DNA of 64,000 bases. It comes from an uncultured virus (IMG/VR IMGVR_UViG_3300025012_000008) (taxonomy: Duplodnaviria; Heunggongvirae; Uroviricota; Caudoviricetes). Below are positions 17,069-24,942 of the stretch, one piece after another (within the stretch, counting starts at the first letter, position 1; every line of letters begins with the position of its first letter). Position numbers and translations under genes: made by a program. The stretch lies in the IMG/VR virus record IMGVR_UViG_3300025012_000008; one strand, given 5' to 3'. The notes under the pieces are model-generated. The model did no database searches. It saw only the letters and a program-made list of their open reading frames with translations, and was not told the DNA's origin.

Positions 17069-17122
17069 ATTATAAGCGATTTCTAAATTTCGATTAACTT
17101 TTATTTAAAAATCGCTTATAAC
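17069..17122. promoter_or_regulatory. palindromic back-to-back promoter pair upstream of the initiator
   Basis: Minus: TTAATC-N17-TATAAT (17097-17069). Plus: TTAACT-N17-TATAAC (17094-17122). The two form an 18/19-bp inverted repeat. Confidence 0.65.
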
Positions 17123-17128
17123 CGTGAA

Positions 17129-17722
17129 TTATCCGAGCATCAACAACTTTTCAATTACCTGTTTTCTCAGTTTTTCATTTTCCATTTCGAGTGCTTCAAT
17201 CCTTTTTGTTAGGGCTTCTATCTCCTTTTTCAGCCTTTTATTTTCGGCAACAAGGTTATTACTTTTTACTTCATTTCCATCAGAAATATTTCTGACCTGC
17301 CTTTTATTTGGAAACACTTTATGGATCACTTCATAAAATCCAGGAATAACTGAATATGAAGCAACATGAGATTCAACAGCAGCCAGCACTTGCGGCCTTT
17401 CTTTTTTGCTCATGTTTTTTAAAGCAACACTGTTTTCATAACCGTATTTGAGAAAGATTTCTCTACCATTTTCCATTGCAATAATTGCATGAATTGAAAG
17501 AAACCGGCTCATTGTCCATCCGGCGATTTGACGAAGAATGAAGGAAAACTTTGATGCTTTCCATTCCTCGACATTAATACTTTTTGTTTCTTCATAATAA
17601 GAATCTTTTTTCCAAGTCTCATCATCTTTAATTCTTGACATTATTTTAAAGATGTCAAGAATACCCTCATTTCTTTTGGTTTTAAGTTCACGGATTTCTT
17701 TGATGGTTTGTTCTAATGACAT
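17129..17722 (-). CDS. hypothetical protein with C-terminal coiled coil
   Basis: 197 aa ORF; GAGG RBS; heptad C-terminus. Confidence 0.65.
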   Translation of the reverse strand: MSLEQTIKEIRELKTKRNEGILDIFKIMSRIKDDETWKKDSYYEETKSINVEEWKASKFSFILRQIAGWTMSRFLSIHAIIAMENGREIFLKYGYENSVALKNMSKKERPQVLAAVESHVASYSVIPGFYEVIHKVFPNKRQVRNISDGNEVKSNNLVAENKRLKKEIEALTKRIEALEMENEKLRKQVIEKLLMLG

Positions 17723-18267
17723 TTTTTCACCTCATTGATTGTGTTGATTAGTGTTAGTGGCTGAGATAGCCACTGCCGAACATCTTGATAAGATTCTTTT
17801 GTTATTTTTTTAAACTTAAATATTTTTGATCGAAATTTAATATTACATTTAGTACTACAAAAATTTGTTATATTAATTTTACTCGAAAGTTTTTCAAATT
17901 CTTTCCCACAATAATTACAATTAATTTTTATTTTTGTAGTCCTATATTTTGCATGACATTTATGATTGCAAAAATTATTTTCAGTAATCATATTTGAAAG
18001 TTTTTCAAGTTCTTTTCCGCAATAACTACAATTAATAAAAGTTCTCTTTTTTCTATATTCTATAAAACATTTATAACTACAAAAATTATTTTTTTTGATA
18101 GCACTTTGTTTTCTTTTAAATTCTTTCCCACAATAATCACAATTAATGATAATTGTTTTTTTTGTTGAATTGTGATAACATTCACAACTACAAAAATTTC
18201 TTTCATTCATTTCTTTAATTTCTTTTTCAAAATCCTTCCCGCAAAAATCACAATTAGCAATATTCAT
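17713..18267 (-). CDS. zinc-finger repeat protein (four CxxCGKE(F/L)...NFCxxxC units)
   Basis: Four ~37-aa Cys4 repeats like those attached to phage HNH nucleases; no HNH motif seen. Confidence 0.75.
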   Translation of the reverse strand: MNIANCDFCGKDFEKEIKEMNERNFCSCECYHNSTKKTIIINCDYCGKEFKRKQSAIKKNNFCSYKCFIEYRKKRTFINCSYCGKELEKLSNMITENNFCNHKCHAKYRTTKIKINCNYCGKEFEKLSSKINITNFCSTKCNIKFRSKIFKFKKITKESYQDVRQWLSQPLTLINTINEVKKCH

Positions 18268-19169
18268 AATAATTCCTTCATTAAATTATCAGCATCATTC
18301 TGATTCATTTCCCCCGGATCTTCATTTTTTAAATCGATGATTATTACTTCTCTATTTCCGTCAGAAAGACAGTTTGCTAATTTTTCCGCTTGTTCTATTG
18401 CCGTTAGTTCAGGATCAAACAAAATAAATATCTTTTTGAAAGGCAACAGCAATTTAACTTGAGCTAATGTAAACTTTATTCCGAATGTAGCAACTGAACT
18501 TGGTCCTAATCTCCAAACGTCAGTTACCCCTTCACAAATTACAACAGAATCACTTTTGACAAGACCTAATCCATAGAGACAGGTTTTATGTTCTCTCGAT
18601 TCAAGGTCAGCAGGACAGGCTTTATATTTCATTTTGCTTTTGTCTGTTATATCCCTTCCTTGATAACTAACGAGTTTGTTCTGATGATAAATCGGGATTA
18701 TGATTCTGTGATTGAAATTGCCGATTGGCCCTGTCCCTTTTATTTTCCAAATGTCTTTTATTTTTTCGGGATCGAAATTTCTATTTTCTAAATATCGAAT
18801 ATGTTGCTTCTGAAGCTCTGTTGTTCCTGATGGCAATTTACATTCTTTTCTTGATTTCCTTTCTTTTTTTTGATAAGGAATATAAGAACCGTCAACTTGA
18901 TATTTTTTCAGAATTGGATAGATACTATTTTCATCAAGTTTCAGAACGATAGATAGAACATGAACAACATTTTTTCCTCCTCCACATCGCCAACATGAAT
19001 ATCTCCCGGCGAATTTAGAAGAATCGTCAATACAATACCCGAGATGAAATCCAGAATGGCCTGAACAGAAAGGACATGGAATCCCTACCCAACCGAGAGA
19101 AACGTGTTTGTGTCCACCTGGTTGATAGGAGATTCCAAAATCCTCATAGAGTTTGATTATGTCGATCAT
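18264..19169 (-). CDS. dnaG: DNA primase (zinc finger + TOPRIM)
   Basis: CPFC..CWRCG, RIIIPI, YQGRDI, ICEGVTDV, FDPE, DPGEM. Confidence 0.88.
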   Translation of the reverse strand: MIDIIKLYEDFGISYQPGGHKHVSLGWVGIPCPFCSGHSGFHLGYCIDDSSKFAGRYSCWRCGGGKNVVHVLSIVLKLDENSIYPILKKYQVDGSYIPYQKKERKSRKECKLPSGTTELQKQHIRYLENRNFDPEKIKDIWKIKGTGPIGNFNHRIIIPIYHQNKLVSYQGRDITDKSKMKYKACPADLESREHKTCLYGLGLVKSDSVVICEGVTDVWRLGPSSVATFGIKFTLAQVKLLLPFKKIFILFDPELTAIEQAEKLANCLSDGNREVIIIDLKNEDPGEMNQNDADNLMKELL

Positions 19170-19432
19170 GTTTTTTCAACAACACATTTACAGTTCTTAA
19201 AATTCATCAACGAACAAAAATCAACAGTACAGGCTTTTTCGTCGTATCGGTGAATTGTTCGGTGAGGACAACTTCCGCCGTACCAGCACGTTTTGGCCAT
19301 AGAGCAGATGTGCTCTTTTTTAATTCTAGCTTTCGAAATAACTCTAGGCTGATCGATTTTAGTCTCACCAGTAGGTAGAGATGGGTACACGGTTCTTTGT
19401 CGTTTTTTTAAAGGTAGAATTGTCCTTTTCAT
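19166..19432 (-). CDS. hypothetical Cys/His-rich protein
   Basis: 88 aa ORF with ATGA overlaps on both sides. Confidence 0.6.
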   Translation of the reverse strand: MKRTILPLKKRQRTVYPSLPTGETKIDQPRVISKARIKKEHICSMAKTCWYGGSCPHRTIHRYDEKACTVDFCSLMNFKNCKCVVEKT

Positions 19433-21444
19433 TTTAGTTCCCCCTTTGTTATTTTTTGAAGTAGTGCTGAAAGAAGATTTATATCATCAACTTTTTTACC
19501 ATCAAGAATAGCAGCAAGTATTTTTCGTTTATTGTCGAGCAATTCAGCAATATCCTCTTCTATCGTCTCTGCTGCGAGCAAATAATAAGCCGTAACAGAA
19601 TCAGCTTCTTGTCCAATCCTATGTGGCCTTGCTTCTGCCTGGTCATGTTCTCCTGGAGTCCACCACAATTCGAGAAAACAAGTTGCATGGGCAGCTGTTA
19701 GGGTAATGCCCTCTTTTGCCGATCTTGAACCGATGAATACTTTACATTCATGATCATTTTGAAATCGATCTACAGCAGCTTGTCTATCTTTTAAATTCGT
19801 ATTTCCATAAACAAGTACAGCAGTTTTCTTGAAATGCTCAAATACTTTTTCGAGTATTGCATGATGTTCCCCGAATATAATAAGTTTTTCCCCACTTTCA
19901 ATATAGTTTTCAATCCATTCAAGAGCCAAATCCATCTTCAATTCAGCGGTTAACTGTTTTGCTTTTTCGATAATAGCAAGATGTTCAGCCCCATTTTTTT
20001 TTAATTCTTCTCTGATTTTTGAAAGAATTTTCTCATATTTATTCAAATCAATTTCAAGAGGGACAACAGTTCGAATTAACGGGGGTAAATCTTTTAAAAC
20101 GTCTTTTTTTAATCTTCGAATCATAATCGATTGTGTTAACAGTTTATGGAATTCTTCTTTGTTTGATGCCCCTGTTACATTCCAGCCGCATCCATCCCAT
20201 TTTCTGTCGCAATATCGCTTTGTGAACTGCCACCAATCAGGAATAATATGTTTGTTGACCATACGAATAACCCTGTAATATTCGATAGGCCGATTAACAA
20301 TAGGAGTTCCAGACATTGGGATAACATGACTTGCTGATTTGCTCAATTCTTCTGCTGCAATAGTCCTTCCTGCTGATGGATTTTTCAAATAGTGTGATTC
20401 ATCGAATACAATAGTTTTTATATTCAGATTTTTTATTTGTGAATCTAGTTGATATAGTTTTCCTTTTCCTTTACAGTTATTACATTTTATTCCATGTTGT
20501 TTCTTTGTTCCGTTGCAGATTGGACAGATAACAGATTCGTGAATTATATCATAGTTAATAATATATATATCCTGCCTGTTTCCTCCCGGAAAAGTTGTGA
20601 ATTTCTTTTTGTTTTTTCCTTCAATTATAACCGGTTCAAGATCGGTAAATTTCAATGCTTCTCTGACCCAATTCAATTTCAAACTCGAAGGACAGACAAC
20701 AAGTGCGGGAAGAACCGTTTTTTTGTTAAGTTGGATCCATCCGAGGGCTTGAATAGTTTTTCCAAGTCCCATTTCATCACCGATTATTGCCCTGCCTTTT
20801 TTTTCTTCCAGAAATTGAATACCCTCTTTTTGAAATGGATAAAGGTTGATTCGAAGGCCAGGAACAGAAAAATCTGATGAAAGAGTAGGGATTTTTTCTT
20901 TTTGAATAGATATCCATTTGTTCAATTTTCTTCCGAAAACAAAACCTAATTTTTGTAAATTGTCACAAACAAAAGTGCTGACAGGAATTTTCCAACTTTT
21001 GTTTTCTTTATCCCATTTTCTTCCTGGAAAGGTTTTGATTTCTTCAATTAGATTTGGATTGTACGGGAATTTTACCTCAACCATTCCTTCTCTTCTGATC
21101 AGTTCAGCAGATAGAATAGTTGATGGTTTTTCTGATTCAGGAGCCTGTTTGTTTTCATACGGTGAGATAGAGAGGATTTGACCATGATATTTCGGGAGGA
21201 GTTTTTTCAGAGAAAGCAATTGCTTTTCCGTCAATCTTCCCCTTTTTCTATATTGATCAACGAGAGATGAACAAAAAACAGAATCAGTTGAATTGAATCC
21301 CATTCCATTTTGATATTTAGTAGAAAATTCTTGTTGCTCATCAGGGGTTTGAAACGAATGCAAAATAAGCATTGCCCCGATAGCATATTCATCCTTCTGA
21401 ATTGCTGATCGGAAAATATCTGAGGTAGGAGTTTGAATAATCAT
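19429..21444 (-). CDS. SNF2-family (HARP/SMARCAL1-like) helicase
   Basis: LYPFQKEG, GDEMGLGKT, VCPSS, DESH, SGTPIVN, MIRRLK, QAEARPHRIGQ; HARP-like FPYNP...GRKWD..KSW. Confidence 0.93.
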   Translation of the reverse strand: MIIQTPTSDIFRSAIQKDEYAIGAMLILHSFQTPDEQQEFSTKYQNGMGFNSTDSVFCSSLVDQYRKRGRLTEKQLLSLKKLLPKYHGQILSISPYENKQAPESEKPSTILSAELIRREGMVEVKFPYNPNLIEEIKTFPGRKWDKENKSWKIPVSTFVCDNLQKLGFVFGRKLNKWISIQKEKIPTLSSDFSVPGLRINLYPFQKEGIQFLEEKKGRAIIGDEMGLGKTIQALGWIQLNKKTVLPALVVCPSSLKLNWVREALKFTDLEPVIIEGKNKKKFTTFPGGNRQDIYIINYDIIHESVICPICNGTKKQHGIKCNNCKGKGKLYQLDSQIKNLNIKTIVFDESHYLKNPSAGRTIAAEELSKSASHVIPMSGTPIVNRPIEYYRVIRMVNKHIIPDWWQFTKRYCDRKWDGCGWNVTGASNKEEFHKLLTQSIMIRRLKKDVLKDLPPLIRTVVPLEIDLNKYEKILSKIREELKKNGAEHLAIIEKAKQLTAELKMDLALEWIENYIESGEKLIIFGEHHAILEKVFEHFKKTAVLVYGNTNLKDRQAAVDRFQNDHECKVFIGSRSAKEGITLTAAHATCFLELWWTPGEHDQAEARPHRIGQEADSVTAYYLLAAETIEEDIAELLDNKRKILAAILDGKKVDDINLLSALLQKITKGELK

Positions 21445-21528
21445 TTGGGATTCCTTTTGTCTGTATATAAACAGGTCAGGAGGTATTTATTTATAAATAG
21501 TCAGTTTGATAAGAAAAGTTAAGAAAAA

Positions 21529-22050
21529 TTATTTTAACATCTTCTCTATTTCGTGAACTGCTCTCCAGTATCGCGGCCATTTCCATGATAACGTTTCTCG
21601 GCAGTGTTCTTTTAAATCTCTTCTAATATCTCTTTTATTGCAAACAGCCGAGATAGGCCATTTAGTTCTTTTTGATTCTATTCCAATATTTTCAAAAACA
21701 CATTTAATAATAGTTTGAGCGTCTTTAGAGAGATATGATATTTCATCTTTGAATTCAACAATTTTACAAGGATCTTCTACCCCATCAATTCCAAGGGCTT
21801 CTTCAATTTCAATAAAGCAATTTGGGTGCGGGTGGATTTTATGATTATTTCCATTCATTTTTTGTAAAATAAGATTGTGATACAACCAAGTACAAAATTT
21901 TCCTTTTTTCGGATCATGAGTTTTACAGGCCTTTACAAAAGGTTCATGACCATCCCCGTTTAAAAAAGATTGTCTTCCAAGAATTTTACATATTAATCCT
22001 TGGAAGTCCTCATATTTTGGTTGTTTATCAGGAAATTTTGTTCTTTTCAT
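21529..22050 (-). CDS. sigma-factor-like transcription protein (divergent)
   Basis: FVKACKTHDPKKGKFCTWLY resembles sigma70 region 2; helical C-terminus. Confidence 0.45.
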   Translation of the reverse strand: MKRTKFPDKQPKYEDFQGLICKILGRQSFLNGDGHEPFVKACKTHDPKKGKFCTWLYHNLILQKMNGNNHKIHPHPNCFIEIEEALGIDGVEDPCKIVEFKDEISYLSKDAQTIIKCVFENIGIESKRTKWPISAVCNKRDIRRDLKEHCRETLSWKWPRYWRAVHEIEKMLK

Positions 22051-22229
22051 CTTTTTGCCCGTTTGAAAAGCCTTTTCAGGGTCAGACGTGTGGAGTCTGT
22101 TTTTGGATTGTAGATGATGCTTTCAATTCCCCAACTAGCGTATTTCGAGAGATAAAAATCACCAAGGGAAAAGAACCACTCCCAATTTCCTTCTATTTGG
22201 AAAATTTGTTTATATTGTGTTCTTTTCAT
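22047..22229 (-). CDS. hypothetical protein; start re-called at ATG 22229
   Basis: AAGGAG RBS before MKRTQY. Confidence 0.55.
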   Translation of the reverse strand: MKRTQYKQIFQIEGNWEWFFSLGDFYLSKYASWGIESIIYNPKTDSTRLTLKRLFKRAKR

Positions 22230-22248
22230 GATATTTCTCCTTTTAGTG

Positions 22249-22302
22249 TTAACCACTCAACTACCAGCCGGGAATTTCTCCCCGGCCTTGGTTCAGGGGT
22301 TA
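22249..22302 (-). repeat. structured intergenic repeat, copy 1
   Basis: TAACCCCTGAACCAAGGCCGGGGAGAAATTCCCGGCTGGTAGTTGAGTGGTTAA; near-identical to 23342-23397. Confidence 0.9.
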
Positions 22303-23097
22303 ATTCATCATTTGGATGACAAGGTGGATGGTTTTTACACATTTATCGTAATTAGTACATAGATTTTCATAAATGCGCGATTCGAGAATTTCAGGCCAAT
22401 CTTGAATAGTATGGAGTTTGCACCCAACCTGGATAAAATTGTTGTATGCTGTGATATGATATTCACAGGCATTTGCAATACATATAGGAGGTGAAACCAC
22501 CAGAGCATTTCCGTACACCTGAGCATTTCCGTACACCCGAGCATCTCCGGACACCCGAGCATTTCCTGACACCTGAGCATTTCCGAACACCTGAGCATTT
22601 CCGAACACCTGAGCATTTCCGAACACCTGAGCATTTCCGTACACCTGAGCATCTCCGTACACCTGAGCATTTCCGTACACCTGAGCATTTCCGTACACCC
22701 GAGCATCTCCGGACACCCGAGCATTTCCTGACACCTGAGCATTTCCGTACACCTGAGCATTTCCTGACACCTGAGCATTTCCGTACACCCGAGCATCTCC
22801 GTACACCCGAGCATTTCCGAACACCTGAGCATTTCCGAACACCCGAGCATCTCCGGATATCCAAGCATTTCCGTACACCCGAGCATCTCCGGACACCCGA
22901 GCATTTCCTGACACCTGAGCATTTCCGAACACCCGAGCATTTCCGGATATCCAAGCATATCCATTATGCGAAAGATTTTCTTCTTTTTCTATCAACCCTC
23001 CAAGATCACCAATTTTTATATCAAATTTAGAGATATTAACGAGGGCTTTAATTCTAAACATTCCATTTTCTTGCGGAATCATTTCATACTTTTTCAT
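22300..23097 (-). CDS. hexapeptide-repeat (G[ND]A[QRW]V) left-handed beta-helix protein
   Basis: About 25 copies of an 18-bp unit (22500-22960); FRIKAL...[15 protein letters not shown]-terminus; IQVGC C-terminus. Confidence 0.85.
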   Translation of the reverse strand: MKKYEMIPQENGMFRIKALVNISKFDIKIGDLGGLIEKEENLSHNGYAWISGNARVFGNAQVSGNARVSGDARVYGNAWISGDARVFGNAQVFGNARVYGDARVYGNAQVSGNAQVYGNAQVSGNARVSGDARVYGNAQVYGNAQVYGDAQVYGNAQVFGNAQVFGNAQVFGNAQVSGNARVSGDARVYGNAQVYGNALVVSPPICIANACEYHITAYNNFIQVGCKLHTIQDWPEILESRIYENLCTNYDKCVKTIHLVIQMMN

Positions 23098-23108
23098 GAT
23101 GGTCTCCT

Positions 23109-23312
23109 TTAGTCTTTGTTGGTTATTAATTGCTGATATGCATCAGTTTCCGAAATGTGCTGAAATCCGGCAAGAATCTCAACCGCTTCAGAAACCATAC
23201 CGGAGATGAACAACTTTCTGCAATGATTGATTGTTCCTTTGAGCAAATCCTGATTGAAAGCAACTCGATGTTGATTTACTCGTGCTCTTTGTTCTGAAGT
23301 GAGTTCTAACAT
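23109..23312 (-). CDS. hypothetical protein
   Basis: GGAGG RBS; 67 aa. Confidence 0.65.
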   Translation of the reverse strand: MLELTSEQRARVNQHRVAFNQDLLKGTINHCRKLFISGMVSEAVEILAGFQHISETDAYQQLITNKD

Positions 23313-23341
23313 GGCTGACCTCCATTTGTTTGAGATTGCGC

Positions 23342-23397
23342 TTAACCACTCAACTACCAGCCGGGATATTTCTACCCCAGCCTTGGTTCAGGGGTTA
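23342..23397 (-). repeat. structured intergenic repeat, copy 2
   Basis: TAACCCCTGAACCAAGGCTGGGGTAGAAATATCCCGGCTGGTAGTTGAGTGGTTAA. Confidence 0.9.
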
Positions 23398-23583
23398 GGA
23401 TAAACTGATAAATTGGGAATCTTCTATTTTCATTGAAATAACTATTCCAAGATATACTTCTGCCGACCTTTCGTTTGCTTTTTTTTCATTAAACCAAACA
23501 CTGTCAACTTTTTTATTTGAACAGGGACACCCCGTTCTGCTTTCATCATCGGTCATAACAATAAATACGGTTTTCTTTTTCAT
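23395..23583 (-). CDS. hypothetical protein; start re-called at ATG 23583
   Basis: AGGAGG RBS before MKKKTVF. Confidence 0.6.
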   Translation of the reverse strand: MKKKTVFIVMTDDESRTGCPCSNKKVDSVWFNEKKANERSAEVYLGIVISMKIEDSQFISLS

Positions 23584-23636
23584 TTTATCCTCCTGCCCGG
23601 ATTCCGCCGGGCTCGGTTGCGATTGAATAAGAATAG

Positions 23637-23954
23637 TTAGCGATAAAAACACTTTTTGTTATTATTACCAATATTTTCCATTTCTTCAATTGATAAATTT
23701 GAAAAATATTGATGTTGTGGAGTCGCTCCGATACCAGGACTGTTTACATCAAAAGAACGATGGTTGTAGAAATATTTAATGATCTGATTTCTACAAGCAT
23801 CTGTAATTGCGGTTGCGCTATTTTCAAAGATATGAAGATATCCGTCTTTGTAATCTCTGGTATCTTCAATTACTTCAAAACCAGTTTCAGAAAAAGAAAC
23901 TAAACAATGTCCCCCAAAATAACTTGTTGCTCTTAGGATAGTAGTGGTTTCCAT
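23637..23954 (-). CDS. hypothetical protein, first gene of the leftward early transcript; start re-called at ATG 23954
   Basis: AGGAGA RBS 6 nt before METTTIL. Confidence 0.65.
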   Translation of the reverse strand: METTTILRATSYFGGHCLVSFSETGFEVIEDTRDYKDGYLHIFENSATAITDACRNQIIKYFYNHRSFDVNSPGIGATPQHQYFSNLSIEEMENIGNNNKKCFYR

Positions 23955-23971
23955 GGTCAATCTCCTAATTT

Positions 23972-24023
23972 AGTGTTTCGCCCTGAATGGGCTCGTCAGT
24001 CTGATCAAGCAATCAAAGACACT
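23972..24023 (-). ncRNA. type III hammerhead ribozyme
   Basis: Minus strand AGUGUC^UUUGAU-UGCUUG-AUCAGA-CUGACGA-GCCC-AUUCA-GGGC-GAA-ACACU. Core CUGANGA, GAAA and GUC are all present, and stems I, II and III pair. Confidence 0.9.
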
Positions 24024-24125
24024 GTTTTCGTCATCTGGTAGAGCGCTCTACAACAAGCAGACCATCTCCACCCTTCGGGTTCTCCATCAAGTTCCCCCTT
24101 TCCTCTCTTCTCCTCTATATACTTA

Positions 24126-24154
24126 ACTATAAGCCTTTTGTTGATGGAAGTAAA
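24126..24154 (-). promoter_or_regulatory. leftward early promoter
   Basis: TTTACT-N17-TATAGT with the GCT context, in the divergent intergenic region. Confidence 0.65.
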
Positions 24155-24275
24155 GAACTATTTAAAGAATTTAACGTTTTTAATATAAATAAATTTTGTA
24201 AAGCAATCAACAACTTAACTGCTTGATATAAAAAATAATTTTCCCTACAATCCCAACCACTTAAAAACCAGGGGC

Positions 24276-24304
24276 TTTTCTTTTCAGAAAATTCTCTTTA
24301 TAAT
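24276..24304 (+). promoter_or_regulatory. possible rightward promoter for the packaging/structural operon
   Basis: Perfect TATAAT at 24299-24304 with a weak -35 (TTTTCT) 17 bp upstream. Confidence 0.4.
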
Positions 24305-24343
24305 AAGTAGTATACATAAACCTATACTAAATTCAAACTAACC

Positions 24344-24940
24344 ATGAAACGAACTAAATACCCAACCAAACAATCCAAAAAAGAGAAGAAGCAAAGACGC
24401 CAACGAAATCTCTTGGGGATAGAACATAGCTACTTCGGGACAGAACTCTGGAGGGTATGTGACTGGAACGATGCAGGAAGGCCAAAGACATTTAACTCTC
24501 CAAACGAGATGATGGTGGCCTGCAACAACTACTTCCAATGGGTAGCAGAAAACAGCTTAATGGAAGAAAAGACAGTAGGACAGTACATGGGAGAAGTCTT
24601 AACACACAAGACACCTAGAATGAGAGCGATGACAATTAGGGGGTTATGTGTTTTCATCGGAATTACTACTACAGGGTGGGCTGAATACAGGAAAAGACCA
24701 GAATTTTCTTTAGTAGTGCAAAAAGTGGAAACAATCATATATGAGCAGAAATTTACAGGTGCCGCTGCTGGACTATTGAGGACCGATATCATCGCAAAAG
24801 AATTAGGATTGATAGATAGGCAGGATATCACCTCTGGAGATAGGGCAATAAATGGAACATCGGTTGAAGTTACAATTGATATGAACGTGAAAGAAGCAGA
24901 AATGGTATATAAACAGATGTTGAAAGAGGAACAGAATTAG
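24344..24940 (+). CDS. terS: terminase small subunit (P22 gp3-like)
   Basis: GRPKTFNSP, YFQW, RAMTIRGLCVFIGI, IYEQKFTGAAAG..IIAKELGL; directly upstream of TerL. Confidence 0.88.
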   Translation: MKRTKYPTKQSKKEKKQRRQRNLLGIEHSYFGTELWRVCDWNDAGRPKTFNSPNEMMVACNNYFQWVAENSLMEEKTVGQYMGEVLTHKTPRMRAMTIRGLCVFIGITTTGWAEYRKRPEFSLVVQKVETIIYEQKFTGAAAGLLRTDIIAKELGLIDRQDITSGDRAINGTSVEVTIDMNVKEAEMVYKQMLKEEQN

Positions 24941-24942
24941 TA

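Noticed and set aside
38..21181. Many plus-strand ORFs opposite replication genes (and minus-strand ORFs opposite structural genes)
   Set aside because: Antisense shadows of well-supported genes, with no RBS or recognisable motifs.
22335..23030. Alternative-frame ORFs (CSEML, RKCSGV, RTPEHF repeats) or a CRISPR-like array
   Set aside because: These are by-products of an 18-bp coding repeat. Units are contiguous with no unique spacers, there are no cas genes, and only the GNAQV frame has an RBS and sensible flanking domains.
24024..24066. Second hammerhead-like stretch (GGUC...CAGAUGACGAAAAC)
   Set aside because: It lacks the C of CUGANGA and has no stem II before GAAA, so the core cannot be built.
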